Assembly (NCBI GenBank): GCA_032718475.1
Contig: JAUCBJ010004969.1
Coordinates: 21,856 to 85,855 of the forward strand
Direction of reading: 5' to 3'
Length of the DNA: 64,000 nt
From: Nemertoderma westbladi
Lineage: Eukaryota > Animalia > Xenacoelomorpha
Positions 26,650-38,131 of the stretch are shown here, piece after piece. The notes beneath the pieces were generated by a model, which was not told where the DNA came from, ran no database searches, and was given only the letters and a program-made list of their open reading frames with translations. Numbering within the stretch: the first letter of the stretch is position 1; each line of letters opens with the position of its first letter. A program made the position numbers and the translations under genes.

Positions 26650-28545
26650 TCACCGCGTCTCAGACATTGGACATTGGGTATTAAGATACCAAGAGGTTCT
26701 GGCCGAAATAGAGGGCAAATAGTACTTCTGCCATATTTCCCAGAATTTGTTGGCTAATAATTGAGTGATTTTCCAAGCTTTGTTGCCGTATCTGTCACTA
26801 TCGACAGGTACCGAAGTGGGCAACAATGTCGTCGGCGCCTGCATAAGCAGGTGCGCTGGTGTCAAGGCTAACTGTGAGTCATTGTTGTCTGGGATCAAAG
26901 CGATGGGTCTGGTGTTCAGAACCGCTTCGATTTCTTTTAACAACGTCGTCAGTTGGTCGTCTGTCAAGATGCATTGCGTCGGTATTACTTTCGCCATAGC
27001 CGTTTTGATTGATCAATTTTCCCAAACTCCGCCTCTCCACGGAATGTCAGAAGTGTTAAAGCTCCAGACAATGTTGTGAGGATGTAGTTCATCGGAAATT
27101 TGATTTTGGTCCAACCTCCTTAAGGCTCTGGAGATTTCATTCCATGCACCCACAAAGTTAGTCCCTTGGTCGCAATAAATGGATCTGACTAATCCACATC
27201 TAGCGATAAATCGCTATAAGGCTAGGATAAAGGCGTTGGTGGTTAAATCTTTCACACATTCAATATGGACAGCTCTGCTGGCCATGCAAGTAAAGATTAA
27301 TCTCCAGCGTTTTACCTGTACCCTTTCGTGTTTCGCGATTATGGGTCCAAAACAGTCTATCCCTGTCTCAGTGAAAGGGGGTCTAAAGGCCTGTAACCTT
27401 GCTAATGGTAGTTCACTTATCTCTTGGTGTCCTATCCTCGCATGTACCTTCTTACAAATAATACAGTTATGTGTCACTGAACTCAATGCCTTACTGGGCC
27501 TAATTAGTACAAACCTCGAGCGTAAGTGTGATAGACAGTGGTGTCTACCTACGTGTTTGAGTCGTACATGTGCGTCCAGTATCATAGTGTGCTGTAACTC
27601 ATGGTGTTGCGGTATGATGATAGGATACCTAAAGTCTAATGCGAAGTCAATGTTTTGGAGTCGGGACTTGTGACAAAGTAAACCCCTGTAAATCATTGGA
27701 CTCCAACTCAAGATCGGTGAAGACTTGATCGGGTTACCCTGATTGATCGCTGTGAACTCTCATGCGAAATATCGCAATTGATAATGTTTAATAATATCAA
27801 CTTCACAACTCCCAATTTCATCCAAGGTAAGTCTTCTAGGAAAGTTGCGTTTGCCTCTGACATATTGTCTCAAACGTTTGAGCCATGCTAACTTGCGGCA
27901 CGCGTCCGTCCATGATCTAGTTAGGTTAACTATCCTGTCAACGTAAGTGTTGGTGATGTCATCAGGTAAGGTATAGTCAAAGTGTGGATACTTGTTCGGA
28001 CTTGATAGGCCCACGGGCCTTCTGGTGAGTGTCTCCCTTTCTACAATAGGTTTGTCTGAGTCCTTAAGTACTTCAATCTCCATGGTCTTACCTTTACCGT
28101 CCGCACTCAGTGAATCGACTGGTAGTAATGGTTTCAACTCTACGGTATCAGTGTGTTCCTGTGGGCTCGTAAGCCTCATAACTTTAGTCACACGTTTAGC
28201 CGTAGGCTGTAAGTCAAGTATTTTCCTTGAGCGGAGAGTGATCGCTGTTGCCACACCGTAATTGTTCAAGGAAGTCAAAATAGGTAAGTTGTTAGTACCT
28301 AATGGGTGTGTACTAGTCCGCTCCAATGGTGTCATTTCGGCTTCATAGCACACGTCGCTACTTTCCGGTTGATCGTCTAGTGGAAAGTCTGGTAGACAGT
28401 CTGGTGATGCATCTGGTGAACAATCCGGCGAAACGTCTGGTAAAATCTCCCACGGAACATATGGCGAAAGATTCGTTAGTACATCTGGTCGAGTGTCTGG
28501 TGAGATGTCTGGCGTAATGTCTGGTCTAATGTCCAGGTCATTCAA
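26650..28545 (-). pseudogene. BEL/Pao pol 3' fragment (linker, HHCC finger, integrase core)
   Basis: H..LKHVG...CIICKK, PPFTETGIDCFGP, IFTCMASRAVHIE, CDQGTNFVGA, EIEAVLNTRP, LTPAHLL and FWEIWQKYY; several stops and frameshifts. Confidence 0.9.
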
Positions 28546-28697
28546 TTTCGATCGTCCTTGTTTTCTCTTGACCTTGGCGTTGGCTATCGCTTTCGATTTT
28601 GAGTGTCAGTGTCAACAGTGTCAATTTTTATCTCGGCACCCTCCGGTATGGTGTTAGTTGTTGCGTCGAACAACGGTGGCCATTCGTCCGATGGTCG

Positions 28698-29305
28698 AAT
28701 CAATCAAAGAAAGGGGGACAGTATGTGTTCACCCCTTTAAATCTGCACCCCCCCCCCCCCCCCCCCACCCTTCCCACCCACCCACCAGTACTTTATAACT
28801 ACCGATGCCTTCAATAGGCGAAGCCAGGTATGGTTTATTGGAATATAATCAACGCAGTAGGCAGTACTCGTCTTCATTATTATAAACGTCGTTGTGCTCG
28901 TCCTGTTTTGTATTTAAACATATTTCCTAAACGCAGACTGACGATCTTTATAACTACTGATGCCTTCAATAGGCGAAGCTGGGTATGGTTAATAGGAATA
29001 TAGTCTACACAGTACTCGTCTTCATTATATGCCTCGTTGCGCTCGTCGCTCGTACTGTTTTGCATTAAAATATTTTTCCTAAACCAAGACTGACGATCTT
29101 TGTACAGTTATAACTATGCAAAGTTTCGAAACTGTGCGAGTAACTGCTGATATATCTATGTGGAGATGTGTGATACAATGCCAATGCATCGTATGCTGAT
29201 GTAGTAATATGGGTATTGAAATAATATTAAATCAATGTACACTCTTAAAGCTGCAGCGAAAAAATGTAGATAATTTCCTAGGTTAAATATAAAATAATAT
29301 ATTTA
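28698..29305. repeat. Dispersed repeat, copy 2
   Basis: Matches 725-1370. Confidence 0.8.
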
Positions 29306-29469
29306 ATTAAAAATTATAATATAGAAGTTTGGTTCCCCCCATCCTCAGATCTCAAGCTCTCACACGGCTGGACTTGTTCCTGGTGATCCTTAGTTACTAC
29401 ACCCTTCCTAACATTCCGTTCCACTCACAGTTTGCCAACAAAAATTTCCATCTCCCTGAACTGGTTCCT

Positions 29470-30063
29470 TCCTGGGCCTCGCTATCTTCCTAACTTTGGT
29501 CTGCCCTCCGGATTTTGACTTCATCGAACAGACACAAAAACCACAATACTCCCCACCACCTAACATATGGGGAGATGGCACCTACCACATTTCCCCCAAT
29601 GATTCCGTCCTGCCACATCTTCCCTACTCATCTCTCGCACACAAAACCCACAATACTCCCCTCCACCCAACATCGACTTGCTACACCTTCCACAATTTTT
29701 CCCAAGCCCCCCATCAGATCTACTCCCTGCAACATTAATCCTTATCAAGTTAGTTGACCTGTACTTCCTCTTTCTCCTAACCACAGGAATCCAATATGCT
29801 CCCTCACAAACAGGCATCTCCACTTTCTCAACCTCACCATAACTCTTTACACAGTCTGACACCAGAATATCATTCAGATCAGTAGGTTTAACAGTAAGGG
29901 TAACTGGGGATGTAACAGTTGGTGTGACAGTCGAAATGTGAGTATCAGTAGCGACAGGGGTAGGGATAGCAGTAGAACAGATGGGACAAGAGTCTAGCTT
30001 CTTACTGTAAAGCTTAGTGCATTTAGAAAAGCGAGACCAACCTGAAGATTTCCTAGCAGGCAT
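29470..30063 (-). other. Unknown ORF with repeated C4 zinc-ribbon-like motifs (frameshifted)
   Basis: MPARKSSG...CTKLYSKKLDSCPICS, a Thr/Pro linker, then CGRCSKSMLGGGEYCGFC and a second CGRCHLP/MLGGGEYCGFC across a frameshift. Confidence 0.4.
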
Positions 30064-30344
30064 TGTTAGTATTACCAATAATATGAGATATACAACTGAC
30101 AAATGAAAAAAAGTAGAATAAAATGAACAAATAAAAACAATAAAATAGTAACTATTATAGAAATTATTATTGTAGTTTATACTTATCCATGCAACAATGT
30201 TGTCGTTCACAAACAAAAATTAATTTGAAAAGCTGAAAAAGAATTATATATGTAAACTTATCAGAAATCAAATATATAACCCAAGGATGCTTATGTATTT
30301 CTATTCCACTGTGTAGTGTGTAACTTAATGAAAATTCAAATCGT

Positions 30345-30750
30345 GACATACACACAAGGATTTTTACACATACACATGTGGTACAGAAAGTTACACACAA
30401 GATTGAGTATGTTACACACGTAGTACAGTAAATTATGTAAATGGTACAGTGAGTTACAAATATGATTGAATAAGTTACACATGTGGTACAATAAGTTACA
30501 CATGATTGAGAACGTTACACACGTGGTACAATAAGTTATGCATGCACATGGTTCAGTAAGTTATACATGTGGTTCAGTAAGATATATACTGTATTTGGTA
30601 TGGTACATTAAGTTACACAAATGGTAAAGAAAGAAACACACACGGTTCAGTAAGTTACAAACATGATTGAGTAAGTCACTCACGGTGGTACAGTAAGTTA
30701 TGTGGTCCAGTAAGCTGCACATGATTGAGTACGTTCCACACACACGTGGT
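30345..30750. repeat. Degenerate minisatellite (GGTACAGTAAGTTACACA / GATTGAGTAAGTTACACA subunits)
   Basis: Recurring ~20-bp subunits. Confidence 0.75.
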
Positions 30751-31418
30751 TCAGTGCTCGCGCTTTTAGACCTTTAGCAGTTTAACCTGCTAATTTAAGT
30801 GTCTTATGATGTCTGACAGCCCGCACAAAATATGAACGCAGTAGAAGCCAGCCTAGCGCGGCGTATGACCCATGATGTTTGGGAGACTGGATTATATCAG
30901 CGAGAGTGGGATATGCTTGCTACTTTGTATTATTCGATTGTTCTCTACTATATAATCTATTTTTATTAGGGTGTACGCGGGCTCTGTCTAAAACTATAAA
31001 CTAGAATGCTATGGTGTACGAAATTTAGTATGTAGACTTACCCCTTTCAGTGGACTATATATAAGTCCTGTATTTTCTAATATATAGGAAAGATATTCGT
31101 GCAGTTATTAGTGTTTATTTCTAGGTAGGGTTCATTTTTGATAAGAGGCTGGTTTCTATTTGGTTTTATATTATAATATAATAATATATATATAATACAT
31201 AACTAAAACCATCCATAAATCGAAGCAAGGTTGAACTTGCGTCAAGCGATTACTACATTAGGCAGTATTAGTGTAACTGTACTATGTAACTGTAAGCTGT
31301 AAACTTTACTTAAGGAGAAAACAATTATTTTTATATTTTATAAACAATTTAAAGTATTAACATAAAGAGTTTAAACGGAGCAATGGATGGGTGGTGTATA
31401 GAAAAAACTCCGTTTCTT

Positions 31419-31457
31419 GCTATATTTCGATCTCCTTACGGATGACCGTCTTCAGGC
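31419..31457 (-). ncRNA. Degenerate minimal type I hammerhead ribozyme motif (Penelope/retrozyme-like)
   Basis: Minus strand: GC-CUGAAGA-C-GGUC-A-UCC-GUAA-GGA-GAUC-GAAA-UAU-A-GC. Core and stem II are intact; stem I has only 2 bp. Confidence 0.5.
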
Positions 31458-31609
31458 TGTAATTTAATAACCGGTACGATGGCCTACCAGAAATTATAAA
31501 TTGCACAAATTTGAAAATCCTGCTAAAGGGGAAATTGAAAACATTACATGTAGTTAATAGTCTACTGTAGAATTAATGAGCGAAGACAATATGTGTGAAA
31601 ATTTACGAA

Positions 31610-31992
31610 AAATGCACCAATGCAATTTAAGTACTGTATGTGTAGTTGTTCTAGTCTACAAGAAATGCGCCAATGTGAAAATAGTTAAAGTAAATTAATT
31701 AGGTACAGAATCAGGTGTAAATTTGAAAAAAATAGTTACAGCAAGTGAAAAAATTAATATGAGAGGTAAATTAAGTATATGTATTTTTGTTGTTCTAATT
31801 TACAAAAAATGCACCAATGTGGAAATAGTTAAAGTAAATTAATTAGGTACAGAATTAGGTGCAAATTTGAAAAAATAGTTACAACAAGTGAAAAAATTAA
31901 TATGAGAGGTAAATTAAGTATATATATTTTTTGTTGTTCTAATTTACAAAAAATGCACCAATGTGGAAATAGTTAAAGTAAATTAATTAGGT
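31610..31992. repeat. ~145-bp tandem repeat (~2.5 copies)
   Basis: AAATGC(A/G)CCAATGTG(A/G)AAATAGTTAAAGTAAATTAATTAGG recurs near 31662, 31807 and 31951. Confidence 0.85.
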
Positions 31993-32010
31993 CAAATTAA
32001 TCAAAACTCC

Positions 32011-32600
32011 TTCCTATGGAAATCCGACCATGAGACGGCATTCGAGAGAACTAAACTCGCTCTTCTCTCTCCTCCAATCCTCACTCCCTTCGATGCGAAT
32101 CACGAAACCAAACTCAAAACCGATGCTTCCTGCAAACCCGGTCTCAGGTACGCGCTACTTCAGCACCACGATGACAACTGGAGACTGGTCGAGTGCGGAT
32201 CGCGGTTCATTTCAGAAACTGAGTCGTGTTACGCGATGGTTGAACTTGAACATCTAGCCGTCGCCTGGGCCGCACATAAATGTAGACTTTACCTCCTGGG
32301 CCTCCCCCATTTTACTGTCATTGTCGACCACCAACCATTGGTGACAATCCTGGATCGCTATACGATTGATGCCACCAATAACACACGCCTCCAGCGGCTC
32401 AAAGCAAAACTCACTCCTTATTTCTTCACAACAGTTTGGAGGAAAGGTAAGGAGCACCACATTCCTGACGCCCTATCCCGTGCACCTGTCGATGACCCAT
32501 CCCCTGACAACCTCATCGATGATGGCGAGATGGCCTACCATCTTAATGCGGTCACCATAGCAACTGTTGCTGCCATCATGGAAGACTCAGAACACTTCGC
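32011..32600 (+). pseudogene. Ty3/Gypsy RNase H fragment
   Basis: FLWKSDHETAFERTK...TDAS...GSRFISETESCYAMVELEHLAVAWA...VDHQPL...RLQRL...PDALSRAP. Confidence 0.9.
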
Positions 32601-33419
32601 CCCCCGGGGGCTAAAGGGGCAAGAAAAGGGCCGAAAAAACGGAAAGATTCTTAGCGGTGGGTAAGAAATGGACGCGGATTGGTCGCGAGTGGGCTAAATG
32701 TAGCTTATAACTGATTCCCCGTTGGAGGTTTTGCCGACGTTGACCCTATCTGGTACACTTTTTGTCGTTTCTCATTAAGCTCAGCTTATAAAACGCGAGT
32801 GTAGTTCTTATTAGTTGTTTAGCCTCGGCTCTAGCACCTTGACATCTTCTGATTAGTTGTTTGTCCCACCCTCGCGAAAACGAAGTAATAATAAATTAAC
32901 GTAATTGGAAAGGTTTAAAAAAAATTATGCATATTAAAAAAAATATTATTGAAATAAGTACATATTTTGTCATCATTTATTTGTTATTAGAAATAAATTA
33001 AAATTGCATATATCCTCCGTTTCTCAGATATCTAATTTCTTAACTTATCTATATTTGTTATATTTAATAATTCAATTATTGCATACCTTTTTTACGCTAT
33101 ACCAATGGTGTTAAATTACTCGTCGAATGCATAACAGATTAAGAAAAGTAACAGGGAATCCCCTCATGTTATTATTTATGAGGCGTCCAGCATAGTACAA
33201 CTCCCTACTCCAATACTACAGCCAATCGGATTGCAGTATTCTTTTGTACAGGCCTTGTTCAGCTTACTAATGTTGTGATGCCTTGATATGGATGCCTGGC
33301 ATAAGGGGCCCATTTTATTCAACCAATGGGGATCGAGAATTCCCGTAGTGTTGTTCCCTGCTTGTAGTATTATCTTTTAGAAACATATACTTTTTGTTGT
33401 CCCCGTTAAGTGTAAAGCC

Positions 33420-35605
33420 CCTTCCCTTCCCAAACTCGAACTCACTGCATTATCCATTGGCGCAAGACTTTTGGTGTACATTACACAGGTATTTAGTTTC
33501 CAATTCATTCCAGCCAATATCTTTTTATGGTCAGATAGTGAAATAGCTCTACACTGGACAATGAATGGTTGTGTTAATAACGTCTATGTAAAGAATCGTG
33601 TGGATGAAATTCACCAACTATGTCCTAATGCAATATTTCGCTATGTACCAACTAAGGACAATCCGGCAGACATGCTAACTAGAGGTATTACTGCTATCAA
33701 ATTATTGTCCTCTGAATTTTGGACTTGTGGGCCGGTCTGGTTGATGTGCGTTTCTGATTGGCCAATTCAAAAAATTGTTTTCAAGGAAGAAACGGTTGCT
33801 ATTGATACCACGGTTAGCTCTTTACATACGTTGGATGAAACAGGTTCTGATGTTGATGACGTCATCAACATATCAGATTATAGTGACTATAATAAACTCT
33901 TACGTGTTACTGCATTGGTATTGCGTTTTGTTCGCCGCCTAAAGGATAGTGTTACTAATAACAGTCACAAACGTGTATATCCCACAATTGCGCCGGTCGG
34001 AGGAGGGAAAGTTCTTTCTAGTCCACTTACAGTAAATGATATCGTATTAGCAGAGATATTCCTATTGCGACGCGTACAAAGCAATATATTTAGTAAAGAG
34101 AGCAATTATTTACTATCTCTTAATTATTCTAGTACTGAGAAAGGTAAAATACCTCCGTTAGTGCATCAGTTACGGTTATTCCTAGATGACGACAATATTA
34201 TACGTTCTAGAGGTCGTATTGAACATTCTAATGTTCCTTGGCAAAAGGTCGTATTGAACATTCTAATGTTCCTTGGCAAACTAAGTTCCCCGCGATACTT
34301 CCAAGCAAACATATTTTCACTGAACTGATTATATTATCCACTCATAAGTTTAATTTCCATTGCGGTCTGTCTGACACCATCGTTCAGTTACGCCAGCGTT
34401 GGTGGATTCCACAGATAAGACAGAGAGTTCGTTCTATTATTCGTCCATGTGCGACGTGTAATCGTGTTATTGGTCGACCTTATCCAGTACCGCCACCTCC
34501 ACCACTTCCTGAGTTTCGGGTTTCAGGTTCCGTTCCATTCGAAACTACTGGCTTAGACTACACTGGTCATATATTACTCAGAGATCGCACCAAAGCCTAC
34601 ATAGCTTTGTTTACTTGCACTACTGTTAGAGCTGTACGATTAGAAGTAGTGCCAGATAATTCTACTGAATCATTCTTGTTCGCATTACGACGTTTTACCG
34701 CTCGTTCTGGTTGTCCGTCTCAATTGCTAAGCGACAACCAATCCGCCTTTATTTCAGCTGATTTAGATCTAAAGACTGTACATTCTATAGCAACTGTTCA
34801 AAATTATTTATTATCACGACATATGATTTGGACTTTTATTCCAGTTGCCTCACCTTGGATGGGAGGATTCTGGGAACGGTTGATCGGTATTGCTAAGATT
34901 GTACTAAAGAAAGTGTTAGGTCGAGCTTATATTACTTATCAAGAGTTGGTTACTGTAGCCTATGAAGTTGAAGCTTACATGAATGACAGACCCCTTACTT
35001 ACGTCACTGCGGATAGGTACGAGCCCTTACCCCTGACACCTTCCCAACTCCTATATGGTCGTCGTCTAACTGGGTTACCTTTACCCCTCATCGATAAGGA
35101 TTTTAATAAAGATCCTTCTTATGGTGAGAGACGATCCCTTACTAAACGTCATCAGCGTGTTATCACACTTATTTCTGATTGCTGGTCACATTGGAACCAT
35201 GAGTATTTAACTTCTTTACGAGAGTTCCATCGATGGAATTCTTCTGAACCCAAACATATCCCAAAAGTAGGAGATATCGTCCTAGTTGGTTCCCGTAGAC
35301 CCCGCATGCAATGGCCTCTCGGCAAGGTCATTGAACTCTTTCCTAGTAAAGACGGATGGATACGTTCTGTATCCGTAAAGACCCAAACTAGACTCTCTAA
35401 ACGTCCTATCAAACTCTTGTACCCTCTAGAGTGTCCCGTTTCACCATTAGTGGATCTATCGGATGTCCCAATTGTCCCACCAATTCGTTCACCGCAAGTT
35501 AACACTACAAAACCCCATCGTGTAGCTGCAATACGATCCCGTGAGAAACTGAAAGAATATTACGAGGATGTTTCGAATAGCGATTCATCAGTCTCAGAGA
35601 TATAG
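33420..35605 (+). pseudogene. BEL/Pao pol 3' half (end of RNase H plus integrase), 5'-truncated and frameshifted
   Basis: LPKLEL, WSDSEIAL, DNPADMLTRG, HCGL...CATC, GLDYTG, SDNQSAF, PWMGGFWERLIG and WPLGKVIELFP; a 35-bp tandem duplication at 34211-34280 shifts the frame. Confidence 0.92.
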
Positions 35606-35824
35606 ATTTATATTTTCTATGTAAACTATTTTAGTTGATATATTGTGCTATGTTTCAAAGTTTATTAGTATATGTTTATGCAATTTGAGTTATTTTCTGT
35701 ATGTGTTATTTTCTTACAATTAGTTTTTGGGGGAATTATTGAGTTATTTACTGTATGTGTTAAATTTCTTATGATTAGTTTATTGAGGAAATATTTACTT
35801 AGTTTATTCCTTGGCTGGTGGGAA

Positions 35825-36168
35825 TGTACAAAATATTATTTCATTGTGTATTTTGTTATATAAGAAAGCTTTTGTTTTTGAATCTCGCTCTTCTTTTAAG
35901 TTATTTTTAGTATGACGTAAGTAATTATCCGATTACAGTCATTCTGATATGAAGTGGGTACCGGTTTATGTTATTATTATTCTTTTTAACTTGCTTATGA
36001 CTACGTTGATTTCTGCTGTGTATGTCTGCCATGGTATCAGTAAATAGGCCTAAACATGTATGTATGCTATACCCTTAATTGAATAAATGAATCAGGAAGT
36101 ATCTTTACTTAACCCCTTATTATAAATCGCTCTCCCAAATGCTATCAAACACATACGCGGTAACAACA
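35825..36168 (+). mobile_element. Probable 3' LTR of the BEL/Pao element
   Basis: PPT-like GGCTGGTGGGAA directly before TGT (35825); AATAAA near 36083; ends ...AACAACA. The right boundary is tentative. Confidence 0.55.
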
Positions 36169-36214
36169 AACCATCGCGTTTATTTTAAGTCTGGAAATCG
36201 CAACTCCCCTATGT

Positions 36215-36813
36215 TATTTTGGGACAGCAACTGCTCTATCAGACATCTGAAACCTATCTGCCACAATTGCCATAGTGGGAAATTTACATCGTTGTTGTTT
36301 TGGTTTAACCACTACAAACGGATTATCGGAATCTTCTTAGTCTGTGTCCGCTGCAACAGAGTAATCTACACTACTATCTAATTATACTACCTGTGAAGTA
36401 CTTGGTGCTTCTATTGATCTCTTATCAACATAGTATTTTTCTAAATTTAACTTATGTTTTTCTCTTTTTCTAATAATATGACTTTCAGCAGAATCAACAG
36501 ACCCGATGTACATTTTGCGATCTGCCCTCTGATCCATTAGAAATTGGTCTTCCTTCTTTGGTATTTTGCGTGAGATTTCACATTTACAGGAAGATTCCGG
36601 ATTCAAACATTTACAAGAGGAAATATCGAAGATTAGAAGTGATTCAGTTTGAAAATGTTCCAGTTTTGATTTGTATGATGGTTTATCTTTCCGTTCTTTA
36701 TATGGCTTTAATAAGTTTCGGTATTTCAGAACATAATCCTTCAGTAACTGAACAACACGATCAACAGAAACAGTTGGCAGAGAGGCAGTTCTCCAGATGT
36801 TAATAACCTCCAA
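36215..36813 (-). pseudogene. N-terminal fragment of a DNA transposase (probably hATm-like)
   Basis: IWRTASLPTVS...YRNLLKPYK...IFDISSCKC...KIPKKEDQFLMDQRADRKMYIGSVD, and downstream PTMAIVADRFQMSDRAVA. Confidence 0.6.
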
Positions 36814-36827
36814 TGAAACAAATTTTG

Positions 36828-37169
36828 CTAATCAAATTGTTTCCCATACATTTCAAGTTCATCATTTATAGTTTCAATTATACCCTCTATGCTTGTGAAT
36901 AATCCAGGTTTAAAAGGAATTTCTATCTCATTTTTAAATGTTTCGATCTCCGAATCATAATGATACTTTCCTACCCATATGCTACTTTGATTTACTATAT
37001 TCATATATGTAGCTTGGAATTGGATTTCTTTTAATCCAGCTACCCATATTTTTCCAGGGTTTGGAAGTGGAATGGGTTGAGCCAATTCAATAGAAAACTC
37101 ACTCGGATTATTTGCTGGAAATAAGTCCATAGATGCATTTGAATATAAAGTTATATGTTTACTTGCCAT
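36828..37169 (-). pseudogene. Maverick/Polinton minor capsid (penton-like) protein, N-terminal part
   Basis: HITLYSNASMDLFPANNPSEFSIELAQPIPL...WVAGLKEIQF matches the Polinton minor-capsid N-terminus; overlaps the integrase stop; truncated near 36828. Confidence 0.75.
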
Positions 37170-37446
37170 CTCGATCAATTGTATCTATCCACACTCCTCT
37201 TTTGTAGCCTTTAAATTTAACCAAGTACTCCAGTTTAGAACCTTTCTGTCTTTGCTTGATAACTTTTTCAATAGGTAATACATTATTGTCTTGCAATACT
37301 AATTGCAATTCTTGTTCATAGAAAGTTCCTCGGATTGTTTCTCCCTTATAATCCTCTACCTCGTACATAATATATGGTTCTCTATCCATACGCATCTTAG
37401 AAATTTTGAAAATTTATTTTGTCCAATTTGGAGTATACCCTTTATT
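37159..37446 (-). pseudogene. Maverick/Polinton integrase C-terminus with chromodomain-like tail
   Basis: KGYTPNWTK*IFKI...YEVEDYKGETIRGTFYEQELQ...IEKVIK...EYLVKFKGY. Confidence 0.88.
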
Positions 37447-37465
37447 GGCGATCGTATCTTTATAG

Positions 37466-38131
37466 GCGGAGTAATTCGGGTGGTGTAACACTGCGGAGTA
37501 ATTCGGGTAGTGTAACACTGCGGAGTAATTCGGGTAGTGTAACACTGCGGAGTAATTCGGGTAGTGTAACACTGCCGAGTAATTTGGGAAGTGTAACACT
37601 GCGGAGTAATTCGGGTAGTGTAACACTGCGGAGTAATTCGGGTAGTGTAACACTGCGGAGTAATTCGGGTAGTGTAACACTGCGGACTGCGGAGTAATTC
37701 GGGTAGTGTAACACTGCGGAGTAATTCGGGTAATGTAACACTGCGGAGTAATTCGGGTAGTGTAACACTGCGGAGTAATTGGGGTAGTGTAACTCTGTGG
37801 AGTAATTCGGGTAGTGTAACTCTGCGGCGTAATTCGGGTAGTGTAACACTGCAGAGTAATTCGGGTAATGTAACACTGCGGAGTAATTCGGGTAGTGTAA
37901 CACTGCCGAGTAATTCGGGTAGTGTAACACTGTGGAGTAATTCGGGTAGTGTAACACTGCGGGGTAATTCGGGTAGTGTAACACTGCGGAGTAATTCGGG
38001 TAGTGTAACACTGCCGAGTAATTCGGGTAGTGTAACACTGTGGAGTAATTCGGGTAGTGTAACACTGCGGAGTAATTCGGGTAGTGTAACACTGCGGAGT
38101 AATTGGGGTAGTGTAACTCTGCGGCGTAATT
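37466..38131. repeat. 27-bp tandem array, subterminal in the insertion
   Basis: GCGGAGTAATTCGGGTAGTGTAACACT head-to-tail, about 24 copies, no spacers. Confidence 0.97.

Noticed and set aside
37466-38131. 27-bp array as a CRISPR array, or its ORFs (HYPNYSAVL / TTRITPQCY repeats) as proteins
   Set aside because: Units are head-to-tail with no spacers and there are no cas genes; the ORFs arise because a 27-bp unit lacks stops in several frames.
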